From positions 89,224,942-89,288,941 of the forward strand of contig NC_068986.1 in assembly GCF_001194135.2 (NCBI RefSeq): DNA of 64,000 nucleotides, written 5' to 3'. Positions within the stretch are counted from its first letter, which is position 1. Every line of letters begins with the position of its first letter. The notes under the pieces are model-generated. The model saw nothing but the letters and a program-made list of their open reading frames with translations, did no database searches and was not told the origin of the DNA. Positions 12,251 to 23,900 of this stretch are shown here, in pieces. Origin of the DNA: Octopus bimaculoides. Taxonomy: Eukaryota. Position numbers and translations under genes: made by a program.

Positions 12251-13599
12251 TCCGTATCAGACTGCAGATTTTGAAATTTTAATGTTTCAAATGTTACACA
12301 AACAATCTTCAGTGGAGAAAAAGAGAGAGCTTATTATAATCGAAGCTAATTGATTATAATGTGTGATAATACGATATTCATTAAAAAATCGCAAGATAGC
12401 AAGCGGAGCTACCAAAATAGTTATAAAGTGGTGCTTAATCACATTTTTACTCAAATATTAAATATTAGTTCCGAAGAAATTTGGAATGGAATATGTATTG
12501 CTAAATATTCAACAGAACGAAATTATTCGAAGCATGAAACACGATAAGACTGAACACAAATCAGCTTATAAAGTCAATGTAACCATTAAGAACCAAATAT
12601 TAGAAAGGTCTTAACAACTAGTAACGTTACACATTATAGTCTATACTATAATGGAGAAAGCTGCCTCTTAATTAGGTACGTAACAATTATTAAAAGTGCT
12701 CAAAGAAAGCAATATTTAAAGCCTGACCGTCTGGAAATATTTTTTATAAATTCATGTTCCAAGAAATTTCCAATAATTTCGATTTCTGAAGTTTCTTGAA
12801 TTTTTTAACTCCAATTTCTCGCAAATTTAAATATTCATTGCATTCACTGCGGGGTAGATTTTGTTTAATAGTAAACAATATTAATTTGTTGCAGGCGACA
12901 TTTTACGTTTTCATTTACAACAGTCTCTCATTCTCGCTAGCTTCTATTTTCATTAATGATAGTTTAATAATAGCTGTGTAACTTTGATACGAAGCACAAT
13001 TTCAAGAATATGATCAATTTCCCAAGTTTGTTAAAAGAATATTTTTTTGATAAAATAAAAATTCTCTAATATACCGGTATATATATATTGTTTTAATGAA
13101 GAAGTGATTTCGTTGGTATAGTTACTTTGAATGCTATAAGCCTTACAATAATAATTATGTGATCGCTGCTATTTCTAGCACGCTAAACAAGATAGATCTT
13201 AACGAGCTTTCAGTTAAACGATTGTTTCATTTCATGTTTATTTTCATTCAATGTTTTCAATGTTCTTTCCTCCCTCTCTCTCTCCCTCTCTCTCTCCCTC
13301 TCTCTCTCTCTCTCTCCCTCTCTCTCACACACATACACACACGCACACACATGCACAAAAAAACTCACGCTGTATCTCTAATATAAACACACAAACTTCA
13401 GGTTTGATTTCGTTATCACACAAATATCACATTTGAATTTTGCAATTCAACATGGGGCGTCCAAAAAAACATGCAACTGAAAAGAATTTAGCAGCAAAGG
13501 TACAACGACAGAAAGAAAGACGAGCAGCTGAATCAGATGAAACCAGGGCAAAGTGACTGAAGCAGATGTCTGTATATGCACGGAGATGTAGACATGATT

Positions 13600-14850
13600 C
13601 TGTTTCCGCTACACATGACCGACTGGTTAGGGTGCCACGAGAGGAGAATATTCTACTTCAAAATAATGGTGCCAGATCACAAATTGTTGATGCAACACTA
13701 AAGAGATCTTTTCTTTCTGACCATGTAGAAGTAGTGGAGGTGACAATCAGTCTAAGACTTCGTACAGAAAGTCATTCTGCTGAAAGAGTGTTTGCTAAAA
13801 ACGTTCTTGATGTTGGAAATGGTAACATTTCTTATTTCTTTACTGCCCACAGGGGGCTACACACAGAGGGGCCAAACAAGGACATACAAACGGATTAAGT
13901 GGATTACATCGACCCCAGTGCGTAACTGGTACTTTATTTATCGACCCTGAAAGGATGAAAGGCAAAGTCAACCTCGGCGGAATTTGAACTCAGAATATAA
14001 CGGCAGACGAAATACCGCTAAGCATTTCGCCCGGCGTACTAACGTTTCTGCTAGCTCGCCGCCTTGGAAATGGTAACATTTCAGATGAGAAAAATCTAGG
14101 TGAATTCAAAATCAAACTACCCAATGACCCCTGCTTTGAAAGTGGTACTCTTTCAGATCTATGTGATTTTGTATATGGTGACCTTAAAAATAACTTCACA
14201 AAAACTGGTTTAAAAGAATAGTTTTTTGATAAAATGAAAATTCTCTAATATCCCTGTATAATTTTTTTTTTGGGGGGGGGGATGAAGAAGCAGCACAATT
14301 TGTGAATGATCTTCTTCTGCCCAAGTTCCCTCGTGAGCTAAAGACATACAGAAGCTCAGATACAGTTGATGAAACTCTGTACCCAATCGAATTCTTCAGC
14401 AATCAAGTTCTTCAACTTTCACCATCAGGGTTTCCACCATACATTACCAAGCTGAAGAAAAACTGCTGCATAATGCTTGAGAAATTTCGATGCTACGAAT
14501 GAACATTGCAATGGCAAACGCTGCATCATTATTAGTTTACATGATAATGTTATTGAGGGTGAGGATGCTTGTGGTCCTTATGCAGGATCAACGCAGCTGA
14601 TCGCAAGAATACCACAATTTCCTGTTAAGCCAACTTTTGCCTTGAGGTGTAACTAGGCCCGGGGACAGACTTTTCAACAAATTAGAATATATGTTCCGAT
14701 ACAATTCTTCTCACATGGTCAGCTATACGTTGCATTTTCTTGAGTTCGAAAGAAGGCTAATCTAAAAATAACGGCTGAGAGAAATGGAAACAGTATGATT
14801 ACTGAAAATTGTATCTACAAGGAGATATTACTTTAGAGCAAAATATGCTT
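13600..14850 (+). mobile_element. Helitron PIF1-like helicase remnant
   Basis: RSQIVDATLKRSFL...FAKNVLDVGNG; YPIEF...SPSGFPP..KLK..C.IML; AxGQTF...FSHGQLYVAFS, which are PIF1 helicase motifs; stops and frameshifts. Confidence 0.85.
13832..14063 (-). mobile_element. SINE family 1 inserted into the Helitron
   Basis: Perfect 19-bp TSD ttggaaatggtaacatttc at 13813-13831 and 14064-14082. Confidence 0.9.
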
Positions 14851-15563
14851 TTTAGCAAGTTGCAGTAAATATAATTAACACACAAATTATATATAAAGTA
14901 ACATATATTTCAGAAGAATTAAATTGTTTTGACATATTTCAAATATATAACGAATTATGTCGTTATATTAGATTGTGATTGTGTGATTGGTACATGAGAT
15001 GATGCATAGATTAATACCTATAAATATATGTATGTACACACATATTTTGTCATCAAACACAATTAATATGATGCTTGTGTACATTTTCGAGACTCTCACA
15101 AGACACGTCAAAACTTAAATCAATTTTGTAGGGTTTATAGTTGTCAAAACATTCATTTCAAATATCATCTAAATCATACAGAACGCTACAATAAATTACC
15201 GTAATATACGTTTATAACAACTTTAGTAGGTGTAAATGAGGTAAACATCTGTTACAGCATGTATTGTTATATAAGCCAATGTTTACAGCAGCTGTGTGGG
15301 CTTAACATCACCACGTTTCAAGTTCAACAAGATTATCAATAATGAAGGACTGTATAAGTATATGTCTTCTAATCGCGGGTAAGTAACGGAATTATAAAGT
15401 ATTTTTAAGATTCATAAATAATCCCATTTCTGATTTTATTCATACGTACACGTACACACACTCACACGAATATTCATACGCACTCACCTACACATACTCG
15501 CAAATACATAGTTTTAAATATTTAGCTTAGTTTATATATTTATCCCACACATACTTTTCCCAC

Positions 15564-15970
15564 GTATGTATGTATGTATGTATGTATGTATGATGTATGT
15601 ATGATGTATGTATGATGTATGTATGATGTATTCGAAATATGAAACACGGTATGTAAGACTGAAAACAAATTAAGATATAAAGTCAATGTAAGCATTAAAC
15701 AGAACCAAATATTAGAATGCTCCTAGCTACTGGTAACGTCACACAATGCATGTATGTATGTATGTATGTATGTATGTATGTATGTATTATGTATGTATGC
15801 ATGCATGTCATTGTTCAGTTTAATTTCAAGACTTCTTGCCAACAGAGAACCTTGATCCAAGGCTCCTCCATTGGAATTTCAACATGAACAGATTATGTAT
15901 GTATGTATGTATGTATGTATGTAGGTATGTATGTATGTATGTATGTATGTATGTATGTATGTATGTATGC
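15564..15970. repeat. (TATG)n microsatellite cluster (three runs)
   Basis: Direct observation; another run at about 19160-19220. Confidence 0.9.
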
Positions 15971-16289
15971 ATGTGTTGTATTCTCCGTCTCCAGTGTCGT
16001 GGTACAGCCACGATCTTGTGACTGATGGTTTAGATATACTGCATCGGTGTTGTTGCAGTAAACACGATAACGATGCAGTCATAATAATAACGTAACAATC
16101 CGACAATCAATATTTCAAACAAACTAACCGATCGACACCTTCTAATTTCACTGCGAACTCCACTCGAACTAACACACAAGCTTCACTACGACCGCTGTTA
16201 TTCATAATCGCTTGGTCCAGTCTATTTCTCGCAAAGGGGCGTCGTGATTCTCATCAAAACATCTACCCTTTCGAGACTTCAACTTCCGT

Positions 16290-17880
16290 AACAACTGAAA
16301 TGTATATTATTTTCTTTAATTTTCTAGCACCTCTCCTATTTTCTTTTCTTTTTTCTCTGGCAAATTTAATATCGTTTTCGTTTTGGCATTATTTCGAAGC
16401 ATACAGTCTGTTTCCTCTTTCTACTCCAGCTCCTACGAGGCTCAATCTCTTCCGCTGTTGGCACCTCAAAAATGTCATACCAGACTTTCATTGGTATTTC
16501 CTTTCGTTTTTTAATGTCTCGTCTTTAATTGGTTTAGATGTCTGTTATGTTCCCATCGTTGTCCTTTAATTACGCACACCATTTTTCCTAATCTTTTAGT
16601 TACAAAACCTCCCAGCCTTCGTTACCATTTTTGTAAATCTTAAAATGAACTTTATTGCCTATTTCGAAATGTTTTGTTGCCTTTTCTGAATTTCCTTAAA
16701 TGTATTTTGTCCTGGTTATAATTTATCGAAGATCGATTTATTTTTCGCACGCGCAATAACTCTGCCAGAGACTTTCCTGAACTGGTATTCGGATTGGGTG
16801 TGAACTCCATATATCCTCAAGAATTTTGTTAGCGCTTCGTCATTTCCTGTCATCCATTCCTTGCATTTTTTAACACTCTTTCTACCTCCCCGTTTAACCT
16901 CGGGTGGTATGCCGGGGGTAAAAATATGCTCTATCGCATGTATTTTGCAGAAATGTTTGAATTCAGTACCCGTAAATTGTGTCCAGTATCAGATACCAAC
17001 GTGTCTGGAACACCGCATCGAGCAAAGAACTGTATTGTCTTTGCGGTTGGCTTATTGCACCTGCACGCCCTGGCGACTTTATGCCGCTATCAACAACGAT
17101 TAGATAGTATGCGTCGTTCACCGGTCCAGCGTAGTCGATATGTGCCCTAGGCCACGGACTAACCGTCTCAGGCCACCATTTGTATTTCACCGTTGGTGCT
17201 TTAGATGCCAGTGCACGACCTCTACAAGATTTTACACAGTTTTCAATGTCCCGGTCCATTGTCAGCCAATATACATAGCTCCTCATGAAAATTTTCATTC
17301 TCGACATTTCCGGGTTTCCAACGTGGATTTCCTGCAATACTTGTTTCTGTAGTGCAGTTGGTGCTATCACTCTTTGCGCGTACATTAGAACATCGTCGCA
17401 CAGTGAAAAATTATTCGAATTTGTATTTTTATTTTGCTTATTTTTCAACGCTTCTTTCATTCTTTTTATGTAACTATCCTCTGCGGATTTCATTTTTATA
17501 CCATGCGCTGTCACTGGCATTTCATTTATTTTTTTACAGTACTAGCTTATTGGGAGATCCCATAAATCAAATAACTCCAACCAGTCGGAACCAAACAGAT
17601 TAGTAGCATCCTTTACGAAGAAAACATGCACATTTTTCCTCGAAATGTGACATCATTCCAACATTTCGCGTACAAAGTGTAGTTTGTCACCCGTCCCGCC
17701 ACGTGCAGTTTTTGCTATTTTATCTTAACATATGTTTCCGTATTTTCTTCCACGTGTCGGTGCTAATGATTGAAATGTCACTACTAGTATCCAGTTGTAA
17801 TTTAATATTTACTCCCTGTACAATTTTCCTTATCCTGAGAGCACTTTAGAATGTTTCACATTTGCCTATTTCACTTTTGT
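16290..17880 (-). mobile_element. Gypsy-type LTR retrotransposon pol/integrase fragment
   Basis: ORF 16963..17520: LQEIHVGNPEMSRMKIFMRSYVYWLTMDRDIENCVKSC (integrase Zn domain) then PWPRAHIDYAGP. Confidence 0.85.
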
Positions 17881-17939
17881 TCTGCAGTAATTCGTAATGA
17901 AGTCACCATCCTCTTTTTAGTTAAATTCTAGCACCCCAT

Positions 17940-19130
17940 TCGAGTGTTAAATACAGAAGTTTTATTACCGAACATGTTAGACAGTAATTATGTTAACATC
18001 CGCCTGGGCAGCCCATTTCCACAACTGTACGCAATCTCTGTTCTCCGTCCCAAATTGAGGCTTTCATTGGGACATTCCAACAGTACTCCTTTTTTATTAT
18101 GAGTGACTATGGCTACCGCCATACTGTGGATTCTTATTTCTTTGTCCTCTAGGTTATCCTTCCGACGGATTTCATTATACAGTGTCCTGGGTACAACATC
18201 ATGTCTCATCAGTAAATAACACTGTGATGGCATTTTCGGACAGCTGCTTAGGACGTAGGTGATATCTTTGGTGTTAACTCCGCAAAGTCTGCATCGGATA
18301 TCATATTTTGCTGCTTTTCCTGCGTCTCGGTCCCTTTTGCGCATCAGTTGTTTGATTGATATTTCCTGTTCCTGGATTGCAAATGCATACCCGTCAAAGT
18401 GACAGTTAGTAATCTGGTTGTTGGTCTATGATAGACTGCTTTGATGATCAGTGCAACAATCGTCTCGGAGCTTTCTACTAACATATCCATGCATGGTATT
18501 CTGCTGATATACGCTCATCTTTTCATCTGATGATACACTGTGGTAGTTGTATGATTTTTTTTTGACATGTATGTTAAGTTTTAAGACAAGGAACGCTGCT
18601 CAAGAAGCTGCTCTGCAAGTCTTAGATGTCATCATCCACATATATGCAAACTTGGTTAAGCGATGCACGTCGATACTTGGTGGTTAATTGATGTTGCAAA
18701 AGAGATATGATACGACATTGAAAGGCAATTTGGATCGATGTTAAGCCTGTGCTGTTTTGTTTTCGTTTTAGTTAGAGGCGGTCAGCTCACTCTTGGTGTA
18801 GAAATTATGAGTGTTGGTTAGTATTTTCCATGTTTTTACATCAATGGCTCGGATTTCATCAAGCGTCCAATCAAGCAGCGCACAATGTTGGCACTGCAAA
18901 TATTGTGGACCAATGTTGTATTGAATGCAAAGAGTTTCGAGGTTCAATGTTTCTTTATTCGACAGCAATATTTTTTAGTGACACGTGTTTTGTTACAAGT
19001 TCCATCGTAAGATATGCTTTCATCCACCCCTAGATACTTGTAACATTCCTCATTAGATATAGGGGAAACGGTCAAGTCATTGATGGAGATGTTGCTAGTC
19101 CGTTTAGTTTTTTCCTCTTTTCGCAACCAT
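17940..19130 (-). mobile_element. R4/Dong-like (RLE) non-LTR retrotransposon fragment
   Basis: YKYLG; WTLDEIRAIDVKT; FAIQEQEI; CRLC...ITYVLSSCPKM...RHDVV (CCHC and RH motif). Confidence 0.8.
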
Positions 19131-19167
19131 ATAGCAATATCCTGATATATAAATGTATCTATGTATG

Positions 19168-19198
<31 letters not shown>

Positions 19199-19239
19199 GC
19201 ATGTATGTATGAATGCATGCATATATACTTTCATGCCCG

Positions 19240-19445
19240 AGTGGCGCAGGACATGCTGTGCAAAGTCCTGCACGAGTTTGGAATTAATGAGCAACTTGTG
19301 GTTGCTGTAATGACCCCATACGAATTCCCGGATTTTGTTTATGTTCAACTGAATGATGCTAAGGTGAAAGCTTCTAATGTTAGCGATGGATTTCGGCTGT
19401 GGTGCATATTGTCACCTCCCTTGTTTTTTAATTTTTATGGTAACA
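19240..19445 (+). mobile_element. RTE-like LINE RT fragment
   Basis: RVAQDMLCKVLHEFGINEQL...DGFRLWCILSPPLF resembles RT domains 3-4 (GVRQGCILSPLLF). Confidence 0.65.
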
Positions 19446-20811
19446 AAGTTTTTATAGTCTGTATCTTTCTTTGTCTCTCTGATTGAAACAGTTTGATATA
19501 ATTGCAGATTGACTTTATTGAGAAGCACTATATTTCAGCGGCAATCGAAATTGTTACCTGTTACTTGTTATAAATAAAGGTTTATAAAGAAGTCTATTGT
19601 GGCCACTGCTGCGTGATTCAACAATTCAGTACGAATGTTGACAATTCCTGCTAACTTTCCATCCTTCAGTAGATTACATAGTTGTATCCGCTGTAAGAAT
19701 GTGTGTGTGTACATGTGGCATAGCTATATAGCAATTGAATGCAAAAAGCTATTTTATGTATTAATATTCAGTACACAAATATATCTAGACTTTTTCTACG
19801 ACCTCATGAAATTTGGTTTCTGTTCTCATCTATTTGAATATCGAAGACTAGTTGGAAAGCAGTCAATGACGGAAACTTTATTGCAGTGTTTAAATGCGCA
19901 TCAGGTGGTTCTGAACGATATTTTGATCCTTTTATGTGCATTAGAGAGAGAGTACATGCACAACCACTTACATGAACTTCCGAACAAAGACAATATTCTT
20001 GAAGCATATTGATTGTATTCATTATATATTTATCCTCCAAATATAGATAAAATACAATTATATTTTATATCTACAACGAAAATCCCATGGAAATATATAC
20101 TATAATGGTCACCTGCAATTTTGATTCTCATCTGAAAATCATTCATAAAAATTCTGCTTACCATCTGTATTCAAACACCTCATCTATTTCCTGTTTATAC
20201 GTAATTTATCTAAATGGGTTGAAACATATCTTTCTCTATCGGCTAGTCTTTGAGAGATATAAGATCCACAAATTCGTCTATGAAGTACATAACTTCATCA
20301 GCTAACATCGAATGAAAGTGTAGTGTTGTCCCAAATGTTGGAATTCCTGTCAATGACAAGGGAAATACCCAAAAATAATGTACTTAAGTTGCTGCTCTGC
20401 GTTTTCAGAAGTATCCATAAAACGTTCAAGAAATACAGTCCCTGATGATAGTGCATATGAAAATAATTGCCGTTTTCAGGACAGATTCTCTAATCTATTT
20501 TAAAACAAATTCGGCTTGTTACTGCATGACACCGTTGCCCAATAAATACATTGTAAGCAGGAACATATCGCGCATGAGTATTTTGAAACTCGAATAAATC
20601 ACGCCGAAATTGATGCTTAAAAGTGTCGCAAAAACGGCCAGCTGTCAGAATTTATAGAGCGCCAAGAAAATCTTTACCGGACTTTTTCTGTCTGCTAAAG
20701 AAAATATATTCCTACTAGAATTAAAAGCTTTAATTTATGTTGAATTGTATGATATTTTTTCAATGTGGTACAATTTGGGAAGAGTGAAGAAACAAAGTAT
20801 CTAATTTCTAG

Positions 20812-20911
20812 GACTTGCAACGGCGAACGACTGCATTGAACAATACAATGCAAGATGTCCCAGTATAATAGGCCTGAACCCCATACGCAACCCAGACACT
20901 GGCTACTGCAA
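20812..20911 (+). CDS. Gene 2 exon A1 (100 nt): (G/R)LATANDCIEQYNARCPSIIGLNPIRNPDTGYC
   Basis: tttctag|GA...TGC AA|gtatat; C-x7-C-x16-C with NPD; LATA-ND resembles a signal peptidase site. Confidence 0.9.
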
Positions 20912-23900
20912 GTATATATATATTTTTACATTTCTTTATATTATTCTACATGTAATATCTACATTTATTTTATATGTACAGTAATATCAACTGCTTAATA
21001 CTAATTATTTTTAAGTTGACACAAACCTAGAAATAGTTACTCAGTGTAGTATTCCAATAGTGTACTGTCATCGTTCGGTTCAATACTGGACTGTAATTGA
21101 ACATGTTCAATGCAATAATGTGAAAACGCTCATAGTCGACTGCTAGAAAATTAATATATTATATAGCTGATTTCTAACATAGGTAGGAGTCAGAACACCA
21201 ATCTACTGATTTACATTTATTACAAATTATTATACCCATTCCGGAATATAAATGGAAAATTAGGCAGCTTTGAACTCAGAATATTACCATGGTTATACAG
21301 CCAGACAATCAAAGCTGTCATTAACCCTTGTAGAATTTAAATCCACTATGTAAATAATGCAGAATATTGCCAAACATTTTAAACATTTTTTTACATTCTG
21401 AAAGCAATGTTTATTGATATACTCTATATTTCAGTCGTTTGGTCGCATATAAAAGATGCGCTAATGCAGGTGAAAAGTGCGAAGATTACTTCGAGCAAAC
21501 CTTTCAGGATCAATGCTGTGGTAAGATATGTTCATAGATTTGATTTTTTGTTGGCAAAATGTGGTGTCAACAAGCTATACTGAAAAATAAAATATTGTGA
21601 TTTTCATATCCAGGGACGTCAACATCACATTCTAAAAGTTTCAACCTTTAAAAACAGAACTTCTGAGCAAGCATTTATCGCAAATGCTTAGCTCTCAATT
21701 TCTGGTGGTATTCTATTGACACTGTCGTGACAGACAGTACTCTAGTCTGTTCCATAGCGAATGACTTTGTTCCAGTGCTTGTGAATGTCCTGTTAAAAAT
21801 CATTTTGTTGTCCACACATCTTTTTCTTCCTTCACATATCTCTCCATTTACTCTTCTAATAATTTCTTGAAGGAAAAAAGACTACTGAATGTTATTACGT
21901 ACCATACTATTTCAGCTTCATTTTCTTCAGTATGTAAGTCAGACAATGAGATATTGGAAGTGTTCGCTGCTTACTCGCTTTGGATGTAGTCTAATAACTG
22001 CAAGATGCATGGGAATCTGTAATATATCATTAATAGTTCCTGTATCGTTGCACTAATTGAAAGATAGTGGCAGACACAGTACTGTGTCTGTCATGCTCAT
22101 GGGAAGATGAAATGTGCCTGTCCTCGCAAAAATGTGATCTGAAAGAACTGTTTCAGAGAATTTATATTCGTTTTAATTTAATCAGTATAGTCATTGACAA
22201 CGAGGTTCAATGAGTACTGTGTTTCTGTTAACATTCTTACAACATGTATCATTGAATCCTTGGATATTAGAACTGTTGCAGCAGTTGTGATTTGGACAGA
22301 AATATCTATTGTGCCGAAGAAGTCTGGCTTAGTGATGAGTATGGATTTTTCATCACTGAATTTGTGTACAAAATTGTTATTTTCTATCATGGTGACTCAT
22401 TCTTCCTTTCTGTCTGTCCATCGCCACAAAATCATAGATTTGGATGATACCCCCTTCGATACTGGCTGTACCCTAATGGCATCCAGTGTCATCATTTATA
22501 TTCTGTTCTTTGACGATGTTGAAGAATAAGAGCAAAGGGAGCGTACTACCTGATTTCTACAATAGCAACGAAAGAGCGTGCCAACTTGGTACAAATCTGT
22601 ATGTATTTCTTGCACTTTTAGTCTAGTAGGAAACATTCTTTTTTACAGAATGTTTTCTACTAGACTCGGCCGAAAGCCTTCTTGAAGCATTCTCATTAAC
22701 GCTGACGATATTTCTCACTGAAGAGGCAAAGATTCATACTTATGGAATCCTGATTCGTTCTTTATTGAGATGCTTTACACTCGATATATGTAGGTGTGTA
22801 TGTGTGCATTTGCGGGCGCGCATCCATATCTCAGCGCATATTCATTGTGTGTTCTAAGAGTCATTCTTCTATCTCTTCGATTCCGTTGTTTCCTACTTTT
22901 ATCCGGCCTTGTGCTACATATACCGACCACATGCATTTTGTTTTAATGCAGTTCATTTTAAGACCTACTGCTAACCTATGACTGCTCACTACTCTTCGTA
23001 TGGTTTGCAGCTGGTCTGTAATTTCATCGATCAGTACAATGCCACCTGTTAATCATTTATGTATTAGTTTCTCACCAGTCAATGTCCTTCATGACCATAT
23101 CTACACCGGCCGTAAAATGTTTCGGAGAGATGGTATTTCCTTGCCTGTCAGCCTTCCCAGTTGGGACCCTTACTAGTAGTGATAACAGAGCTATATCTGT
23201 TGCACATTCAGAGTTTGCATCTCTGAGCAGTTTGAAATATTGCGCCTCGAGCTACAACAGCTTGCATTTTCAGAGATTTCAACACTGCGTTCATCACGAC
23301 GCGATAGAAGACTTTTTCACTAATATTTCTCACGCTGAGAGCAACAGTATATGAAACCATATTAGTAATTAAATTGTAAAGTTCGAGTAGCTTTAACCTT
23401 TCACCGATGATTATATTTTCTGAAATGGAATGGAACTTTACGTACGTATATTTTAAAACAGTAAGTAGTAGGACGTGTCTTTGTATTCTTATGTTCTGGA
23501 AATGACGCATTAAATACATTTTTTCATACAAAACGAAAGAAACTTCTGAAACTGGCAATTTGCGGTCTAGCGTTATATTTCATTTTCTTTCAAATATATA
23601 TATATCAGGCCATCCCATAAGTGCTGTCCGATTTTACCTTTTTCAAAATTAAATGAAATTTAATAGTATTTTAGAATGTCTAATGGAATTAAAAATTATT
23701 TTTATGCATTTGCATACATTTAAAGTAATTAAATATTATTTTACAGAAAAATAGAATTAAAATTTCTTTGATTAAAACCCTTTCTAACATGGAAGTATCC
23801 CAAGAGCATTTTAGGCACATAATGCTTTATGAGTACAAAAAAGAAATCTCTGCATCCGAAGCGACTCGAAACATACACTCAGTTTATGGGAAAGAATGCT

